Source: Candidatus Latescibacterota bacterium
GTDB taxonomy: Bacteria > Latescibacterota > UBA2968 > UBA8231
Direction: 5' to 3'
Assembly: GCA_965261395.1 (NCBI GenBank)
Contig: OZ253462.1
Coordinates: 4,768,001-4,832,000, forward strand
DNA length: 64,000 nucleotides
The notes beneath the pieces are model-generated. The model was given only the letters and a program-made list of their open reading frames with translations, searched no databases and was not told the origin of the DNA. Positions 58,501-64,000 of this stretch are shown piece after piece. Each line of letters opens with the position of its first letter. Positions within the stretch are counted from its first letter, which is position 1. The position numbers and the translations under genes are program-made.

Positions 58501-59333
58501 TTCACAGAAGGATCGGACTTTAAGAAGACGATTTGACCTGGTACAAACACAGTTTGGTCTGGCATATATTTTTCGGCCATCTGCGAGGCGCTAGCGGCAA
58601 GCAGACGACCGAGCACTTCCAAATCGATCATTCGTGCATGTTCGCAGACAGCTAGTACTTGGTCAAAATGCTTATCGAGGTCTTGGTGTATCTGGTGATT
58701 TCCGTCCACGACATCATCGGTCACGTAGTGGACCAAAATCTCGGCTGCCTTGACTAGATGATAGAGTCCTATCAATTCGAGCGCGACCACCTTGGCATGG
58801 GCCGTTTCTTGTCCTACAAGATACTTCTTTTCAAAACCAGATTGGGCATCGCGCAGGCGGGAGGTTCGTTTCAAAACTACGTCGAGGTCGGTATAGCGAT
58901 CCTTGCGGATCAGTCGTAGCCAAACATCAAGGACTGTTGCCCAAGTGCGCTTATGCCAATCTTCCGAATCAACGGGAAGCTCATCCCAAGGTTCTTTCTC
59001 TAACCATAGCACTGCATCAGCCTCTTTATCTCCCAATACGGCAAGGATTCCCGCTCTCAATAGGAATTTCCCGGCATCGAGTGCGTCGGCCGGACGAGGC
59101 AAGGCGTGCAGCAAATAAAAGGCAGCAGCAGCGGCGAGTTGCAGTTCCCTTTGCTTTTTCTCGTCATCCGCTACGTCCTCAAGCATGAGATCGAGCACAG
59201 CCATTTCCAGCACGTCGGCAGCACGTCGGAACAATTTTTCGTCTACCAGCTTGTGCGAATTCTGTGCAAGTTGAGCTTGATTCAGCGCTTGTTGGCACAT
59301 CTCTTTCTGGTCTTCAAGCAGCCAATGACTCAT
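55515..59333 (-). CDS. SNF2/RapA-like helicase with an extra ~256-aa N-terminal helical domain
   Basis: PYQ, LIADGVGVGKT, VDEAHH, LTATP, EGLDYQ, YDLPWNPMRVEQRIGRIDR; ATGA-coupled on both sides. Confidence 0.92.
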   Translation of the reverse strand: MSHWLLEDQKEMCQQALNQAQLAQNSHKLVDEKLFRRAADVLEMAVLDLMLEDVADDEKKQRELQLAAAAAFYLLHALPRPADALDAGKFLLRAGILAVLGDKEADAVLWLEKEPWDELPVDSEDWHKRTWATVLDVWLRLIRKDRYTDLDVVLKRTSRLRDAQSGFEKKYLVGQETAHAKVVALELIGLYHLVKAAEILVHYVTDDVVDGNHQIHQDLDKHFDQVLAVCEHARMIDLEVLGRLLAASASQMAEKYMPDQTVFVPGQIVFLKSDPSVKGAVVEVLPGEGESRVKVFVDGSVQTYYASQLQAEERPADGLQPLSRDLFHAYLTALQIRHPSLSTLYSLNAARVNFIPYQFRPVLRFIRSDRPRLLIADGVGVGKTIEAGLILRELQARREIKSVLIICPRPLVAEGKWRSEMKRFGEQFTHLDGSTLSYCIKEMDLEGEWPVQYQKAILPYSLFGEELLYGPEGRGRRRQGKGLLDLNPPPRFDLVIVDEAHHIRNPNTRSHEAVRFFCDYAESAVFLTATPVQLGSEDLFVLLNVLRPDLIQDMESFKRMAEPNPFINKAVDHARTQAADWMAQAMEALDEAAATGWGRAILRHNPEFKRVRGQLAEGYVAVDERIQLITDMEVLHTFASMINRTRRRDIGAFTVRKPKTVHVEFTPSQKQLHDELLAVQADMFSRLHGDKNVKFMMTTIRRQAASCLYGLAPFLESILNRRLDELEWEEADDGEPVPPSDVVASIRSQIKDVLEKASTLDPYDPKLEELCKIIEDKQALPNNKVMLFSSFRHTLHYLYERLRADGVRVAMVHGGTPDEERVELRRMFERSSEDSDALDVLLFSEIGCEGLDYQFCDCIVNYDLPWNPMRVEQRIGRIDRNGQQSESVAIVNLITPGTVDADIYERCLKRIGVFEQALGGSEEILGEISKEIKDIAENYTFSEEERQAQLQQLADNKIRLIQEQEGLEQNQMKLFGIRLPEDQMKREIRDASSFWLTPGSLQRLAALYLQQRCGEERDFILGERPLKTLRLAQDARNLLLGDFQQLPRQSTYREWETWLKGEDQHLQITFEQDCATQHPEAAFVMPLHPLVKQAARFFDSDERAVVNLKVRDDDAPTGQYQFVVYQWRFYGIREDLKLKLVASSDAVVPHLGRLLEKAEDAEAGEQGEWDELEAQHHRLWSEARAEHRQRTEELAAYRRESLTTSHRAQMALLGEQLENASNERIQRMRRSQIGRAEADYNRHVEDLDRAEEKVDIVAEPVAYGVLNIEEIK

Positions 59334-60124
59334 GGCTCACCTCCAGGTATGCGAGATGGAAGGTCACCGATGGCGCAAGGCAGATATATTGCGATCAAGC
59401 AGCATGTTGTCGGGCATTGCAGTTTTCCCGCCATAGTTATTCCTCGTGTCCGTAAATCCAACTCATTGGGCTGCGTATCCCGAATCAGAACCCCAAAGAG
59501 CGCAAGTGCCTTGTTTCCCGACTTAAGGAATATTCTAACCGCAGCTTTGAATAATGTTTCATGGTCCGTTCCTTTACAGCGTGGTAAAAGCCATATAAGA
59601 AGCTGACTAACCAAGGACAGATCGTTTGCTAAGTTGTCTATCTGGTGCATTAAACCGCTCCGACCGTTCATTACACTCGGTGGTGTCCCGGAGTGAGTGG
59701 ATGATTTCACCTCACCCAGTACGAGGCGCGTAGCCCCACCTTCAACTATAAATCCGACCAAATCTGCACCTGGAAGGCTCGCATTAGGATGCCGCTTATC
59801 GCGTTCCATGTTCCAAGGCCATGTAATTTCATACTCGCGACTCAGGTACACTTCAGCTACTGCTTCCCCCGCCGCCCAACTTGGCTTTTCACTTATTTCG
59901 GCTGCCAGGATTTCCTCAAGGCTATCTCGAGCGAATCCTGTGTCGGCTAAGTCTTGAAGATACGCTTCAAATTCGGCCTTGCCTTCTTCATCGTAAAGCC
60001 GCACCGAAACTTCGTTGGATATGAACAAATTGAACGCATCGCCGTCTTTCATACTTACACCCTGCCAAGATACCTGACGGTCCTGTCTTTTATAGTCTGT
60101 GGTTAATAGATCTGGCTCTGTCAT
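59330..60124 (-). CDS. PD-(D/E)xK nuclease, Hachiman HamA-like
   Basis: GEAVAEVYL...SLPGADLVGF...LVLGEVKSS. Confidence 0.65.
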   Translation of the reverse strand: MTEPDLLTTDYKRQDRQVSWQGVSMKDGDAFNLFISNEVSVRLYDEEGKAEFEAYLQDLADTGFARDSLEEILAAEISEKPSWAAGEAVAEVYLSREYEITWPWNMERDKRHPNASLPGADLVGFIVEGGATRLVLGEVKSSTHSGTPPSVMNGRSGLMHQIDNLANDLSLVSQLLIWLLPRCKGTDHETLFKAAVRIFLKSGNKALALFGVLIRDTQPNELDLRTRGITMAGKLQCPTTCCLIAIYLPCAIGDLPSRIPGGEP

Positions 60125-60302
60125 ACCCTCATCTCGCGGACTCTCAGCCGCGCTACCGTTTTAATTTGCCCCACCAGCACGGTCGCTTGGGGTGCTATTC
60201 TAAAAGAAATACCAATACACTGCGCTGTACACCAAGAGCAATACCACCCTTCTCATCGAATAAATCTGATCCTGCTTCCGGCTCGGCATCGACGCCGTGT
60301 CC

Positions 60303-60348
60303 AGCAGCGAGCCTAGGCGATAATCTGGATCAGTGTAGCGTCGCTCAC
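60303..60348 (-). repeat. Degenerate copy of the MazG-like gene 5' end (partner at 50747-50792)
   Basis: 33/46 nt identical, ungapped; VSDATLIQIIA*ARC vs MSEATLAQLTAQIRC. Confidence 0.7.
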
Positions 60349-61154
60349 TAGCACCCCAACCCGCGCAAATACTGGCGTATCCCCGCACTCCGCCGCGCCT
60401 CACTGACCGCGTCCTCGCCCTCGTAGGCGGGCTCGCCCGGACAACTGGTCACCCAGCGGTCAAAGCCCCGCTCGGCGAGCGTGTTGAGCACCCCGGCAAA
60501 GTCGAGGCACTCGCCCTCGCCGACCGAAACCCACTCGGGATTGTAGCGTCCCGGCTCGCGCACCGTGCAAGACGTATAGTCCTGGAGGTGGACGTAATTG
60601 AGCTGGTGCCAAAAGTCGATTAGCGACTGCACTGGATCGTAGTCCCACAGCTCGGCGTGCGAGACATCGATGCACAGCCGCGCCTTGTCCAGCAAGCTCA
60701 TGTACAGCCGCCAATCCTCAGCCGAATCCACCAGCAAGTTGGTGTGGATGTGGTAGCTTAGCTCCAGCCCGTACTGGGAGGCGTACTCGGCCCACTGCTC
60801 GGCCCCCTCGGCCGCCCGCTCAATATCGGCGCGTTCCACCGGCCGCCCTTCCGGCTTGCGGCCGCTCATAAACATAAAGCAATCCACGCCCATCTCGGCG
60901 GCGAAATCCATCCGCCGCTTGTTGCGCTCGGTGTGCTCCCAGTCGCGGTCTTCGGGCGAGCCACTAGCCGTAAACACGCACAGCGGCATATCCGCGTCCT
61001 CGCACACTTGCTTCAGCCGCTTCGGCGGCCCCAACCAGTCGAGCGGCAATCGCCCCTCCCAGCCGTCCCAGCCAGCCTTTTTGAGTTCGGGCAGGGCCTT
61101 TGCCAAATCCGGCTGCCGCCAGCGCAGGGTCGCGTATCCCATCTTGAGTGCCAT
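60348..61154 (-). CDS. Sugar phosphate isomerase/epimerase (xylose isomerase-like TIM barrel)
   Basis: GWDGWEG, LSYHIH, LCIDVSH, YVHLQD, VGEG. Confidence 0.85.
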   Translation of the reverse strand: MALKMGYATLRWRQPDLAKALPELKKAGWDGWEGRLPLDWLGPPKRLKQVCEDADMPLCVFTASGSPEDRDWEHTERNKRRMDFAAEMGVDCFMFMSGRKPEGRPVERADIERAAEGAEQWAEYASQYGLELSYHIHTNLLVDSAEDWRLYMSLLDKARLCIDVSHAELWDYDPVQSLIDFWHQLNYVHLQDYTSCTVREPGRYNPEWVSVGEGECLDFAGVLNTLAERGFDRWVTSCPGEPAYEGEDAVSEARRSAGIRQYLRGLGC

Positions 61155-61254
61155 AATCCGTCTCCTTTGTCGTGTGGTCTAACTTAAAGCCAAACAGAGA
61201 GCTACAAGCAACGTTCATTGCCCTTTTCTGACATCGCAACGATATTTTTTCACT

Positions 61255-63549
61255 ATGGAAAATGCACCTTCTCTCTCGCGCGGCCAAGTGCATCGCGCCC
61301 TCCGCTCCTTCGTCGTCGCCAGCGGCTTGTGGGGCGCTTGGGGGCAAGCCTGTGGCTTGGGGACGGCGGCCTTTACCGGCTTTGCCCTGTACTTAGGTGC
61401 CGACGGTGCCTTTATCGCCTTCTTCACCTCCGCCGCGTACTTCCTCGCTTTGACGCAATTGCTCGCCCCTCTGTTGAGCGCCCACGTCCGCGACAAGAAG
61501 CGCTTTGTCGTCGTCGGCGGCTACGTGGAAATCGCCTTTCGCGGGCTACCGCTGGTCATCCCCCTCCTCGTCCCAGAGCAATACCGACTCGCAGCCTTGG
61601 TGGGCATGGTCTGCCTCAGCTTGTTCGGTGGCTATGCGATTTTGCCCTTTTACAGCACTTGGATCGCCAACGCCGTGCCGGAGAATATCCGCGCGCGGTT
61701 TGCCAGCCGCCAGACCATCGTCAGCACCATAGTGGCAATGGTTGCCGGTTTCGCGATCGGCCAATTCCTCGACCTTTTCCCCGAGGGCGGCGGCTTTGTC
61801 TGGGTCTTTGCGGCTGGGACGCTCTTTGGATTCTTGGGCTACTCCAATCTCCTCCGCGCGCCCTTTCCCCAACAGACGGCCACCACCGACGAACAAAGCA
61901 CGCGCTTGCGCGATCTCTTGCAGCCCTTCCACGACGCCAACTTCCGCCGCGCTGCCCTCTTTTTTGGCCTGTGGACCTTTGGCGTTGGGCTGGCCGGGCC
62001 GCTCTATAGCGTCTTTATGCTCGACCGCCTGCAGATCTCCTATACCGAGGTCTCAATTTTCAACGCCCTGTTCATGCTGACCAGCATCGCTGGCTACCGG
62101 CTCTGGGCCGGCCTCATCGACCGCTTCGGCTCCAGACCCGTCCTGCAAATCCTGATGACGCCGGCCGCGTTCCTGCCTCTTGTTTGGGCCTTCAACCAGC
62201 CGGGGGACTACCACCTGATACCCGTGGCCTTGGTCCTGAGCGGCATTCTATTCTCTGGGATCGGGGTTGGCATCAACCCCCTGCTCTACGGCCTGTTGCC
62301 CCGAGGCGAAAAGCGCACGATGTACCTAGCAACTTGGTCGGTGACGGTCAACTTAATGGGTGCGCTTGGCCCCTTGTTGGGCGGCCTGCTCGTCGCCCAA
62401 CTAGAGGGCTTGCGCTTTTCCGTTTTCGGCGTGCCCATGGGCGAATTACAAGTCATCTTTGCCCTCAGCACCTTGGCCCGGCTAGCGCCTTTGTTCATCC
62501 TCCGCACCGTCAAGGACGCGCGGAGCGCGACTTCGCGCAGCCTGCTCTCGCGGATGCTGCGTGGCAACGTCCTCAGCTACGCCTACAACGCCACCATCTT
62601 CAGCCTAGCCACTGCCGAGGGAACTAGGGCGCGCGCCGCCGAGGCCCTAGGTCGCTCGGGCAATCCCCTCGCCATCGAGCAATTGGTCCAAGCCCTAGCC
62701 GACGCCAGTCCCCGGGTGCGCCGCGCCGCCGCCCGCGCCTTGGGCGAGAGCCGGTCGGAAAGCGCCACCGAACCCCTGATGCGCGAGCTGCTCGACGGGG
62801 CCTCGGACATCCGCAGCGAAGCCGCCGAGGCCCTAGGCCGCCTCGGATCCTCCACTAGCATCGATCCACTAGTCGATGCGCTGGCCGACGCCGATCCCCG
62901 GGTGCGCATCAGCGCCATCCGCGGCCTAGCCAGCCTCCGTGGGGACGAAGTCCACGAGCTATTATTCTGGCAATTTGGCAGCGATTTCGACCCCCTGACG
63001 TTCCCGACGCTGGTCGATGTTCTCGGCGAGCGCCAAGACCGCCGCATCATCAGACCCGCGCTCGGCCGCTTGACCGACTTTCCTTCCCCCGCCGTGCGCT
63101 TGCAGCTACTCAACGGGGTCTGCCGTGCGCTAGGCGCTGGCGACCAGTTCTATCGCTTGCTCTCGCGCGAGGATACCGACCGCGTCGCCGCCATCACCCG
63201 CCTGCTGCGCCGGGCAACGGACTCCTTGGGAGCGGCCCGCTGCATCGACACCGAATACCGCGCGCAGTTAAAGACCCTGTGCCGGGAGGTGGTCGTCGCT
63301 TATGAAGAGGAAAAGGTCGAGGCGCTAGTCGAGGCCATGCGGCAGGTCGTGCGCACCGTGCGCGACGGACTCTCCGCTACTAGCGACCAAGCATACGATG
63401 TGCTCTCGGTATACGTGGTTCTCATCGCCATCGGCCGCTTCATCAACAGCCCGGTGCGGCAAGAATCGCCCGTTGCCCAAGAGATTTTTCTCACCGTGTG
63501 CCTAGGGCGCCTAGCCGCTTTGATCCGCCAGATCGACGACAGGGATTGA
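61255..63549 (+). CDS. MFS transporter fused to HEAT-repeat domain
   Basis: 12-TM region with GLIDRFGSRP, followed by repeats ALADASPRVRRAAARALG / DIRSEAAEALG / DADPRVRISAIRGL. Confidence 0.88.
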   Translation: MENAPSLSRGQVHRALRSFVVASGLWGAWGQACGLGTAAFTGFALYLGADGAFIAFFTSAAYFLALTQLLAPLLSAHVRDKKRFVVVGGYVEIAFRGLPLVIPLLVPEQYRLAALVGMVCLSLFGGYAILPFYSTWIANAVPENIRARFASRQTIVSTIVAMVAGFAIGQFLDLFPEGGGFVWVFAAGTLFGFLGYSNLLRAPFPQQTATTDEQSTRLRDLLQPFHDANFRRAALFFGLWTFGVGLAGPLYSVFMLDRLQISYTEVSIFNALFMLTSIAGYRLWAGLIDRFGSRPVLQILMTPAAFLPLVWAFNQPGDYHLIPVALVLSGILFSGIGVGINPLLYGLLPRGEKRTMYLATWSVTVNLMGALGPLLGGLLVAQLEGLRFSVFGVPMGELQVIFALSTLARLAPLFILRTVKDARSATSRSLLSRMLRGNVLSYAYNATIFSLATAEGTRARAAEALGRSGNPLAIEQLVQALADASPRVRRAAARALGESRSESATEPLMRELLDGASDIRSEAAEALGRLGSSTSIDPLVDALADADPRVRISAIRGLASLRGDEVHELLFWQFGSDFDPLTFPTLVDVLGERQDRRIIRPALGRLTDFPSPAVRLQLLNGVCRALGAGDQFYRLLSREDTDRVAAITRLLRRATDSLGAARCIDTEYRAQLKTLCREVVVAYEEEKVEALVEAMRQVVRTVRDGLSATSDQAYDVLSVYVVLIAIGRFINSPVRQESPVAQEIFLTVCLGRLAALIRQIDDRD

Positions 63550-63553
63550 CCGC

Positions 63554-64000
63554 TTAGGATCGGCGGCGATGCGCCCAGCGGATCCGCGCCAGATCTTTGA
63601 GATTGGCCAGCGTCCCAGTCACCGGATTAAAGCGGCTGTCCGGGTCGAAACGCCACTTCACGGGGATCTTTGCGATGCGGTAGCCCAATTGGCGCGTCAG
63701 CAGCAACAACTCCACATCGAACATGAAGCCGGCGACCTGCTGCCGCGCGCAGAGGTCGCGCGCCACCGCGGCCTGAAAAAACTTAAATCCACACTGGGTA
63801 TCGCCGAACTCGCCCAAGCCCATCAGCCTGCGCAAGAGCCAGCCAAACGCCTCGGTCCCCCACTGCCGGTAGCGCCGGCGCGCGACGACGAATTCGGTCG
63901 CACTCAGCGTCCGGTCGCCGATCACCCCGTCCCACCCGGCTGCCAATAGGGGCATCACCTGGTCCAGCGCAGCGATGTCGGTCTTGTAATCGCCGTCCAT
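63554..64000 (-). CDS. GT2 glycosyltransferase (polyprenyl-phosphate glycosyltransferase-like), 3' part
   Basis: DGD, VIGDR, DTQCGFKFF, FMFDVELL, IPVKW. Confidence 0.85.
   Translation of the reverse strand: MDGDYKTDIAALDQVMPLLAAGWDGVIGDRTLSATEFVVARRRYRQWGTEAFGWLLRRLMGLGEFGDTQCGFKFFQAAVARDLCARQQVAGFMFDVELLLLTRQLGYRIAKIPVKWRFDPDSRFNPVTGTLANLKDLARIRWAHRRRS

Noticed and set aside
55515-60124. Canonical Hachiman, DISARM or type III RM call
   Set aside because: The helicase is SNF2-type rather than Ski2-like, and no methylase or Drm genes are present.
60200-60403. 67-aa ORF
   Set aside because: Overlaps the isomerase 3' end and the decayed mazG start; no RBS or motif.

Overview
Bacterial chromosomal window with a GC-rich backbone. 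Gene content (three PhyH dioxygenases, a sulfatase, four DUF6785/DUF6784 membrane proteins, FlgD-Ig/CHU_C-tailed exported proteins) suggests an FCB-group organism such as Latescibacterota or Gemmatimonadota; this taxon call is inference only. Layout: (1) 1-2.7 kb core cluster tRNA-Gly, tRNA-Thr, rpmG, tRNA-Trp, secE, nusG, rplK, rplA plus greA; (2) sbcD-sbcC-ygfZ and a degenerate DinB; (3) a 2-hydroxy-acid operon (FAD/Fe-S dehydrogenase, Rid-like, FmdB, LarA); (4) zapA, SulP, infC, PfkB kinase and a 2-hydroxyacid dehydrogenase; (5) a 21-50 kb envelope/catabolic locus with four DUF6785-DUF6784 transporters (plus a relic of a fifth), two FlgD/CTD surface proteins, two paralogous ~925-aa putative outer-membrane proteins, a heme-c/PHM-type copper monooxygenase and hydrolases; (6) a lower-GC ~9.5 kb putative defence island (HamA-like nuclease, SNF2 helicase with an extra N-terminal helical domain, GHKL/sacsin ATPase-HNH split by an ISKra4 element with an 8-bp TSD, followed by a MazG-like gene) bracketed by a degenerate duplication of the MazG-like gene start; (7) sugar isomerase, MFS-HEAT fusion and a partial GT2. 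The best candidates for undescribed systems are (5) and (6). All family calls are by motif recognition, not database search.
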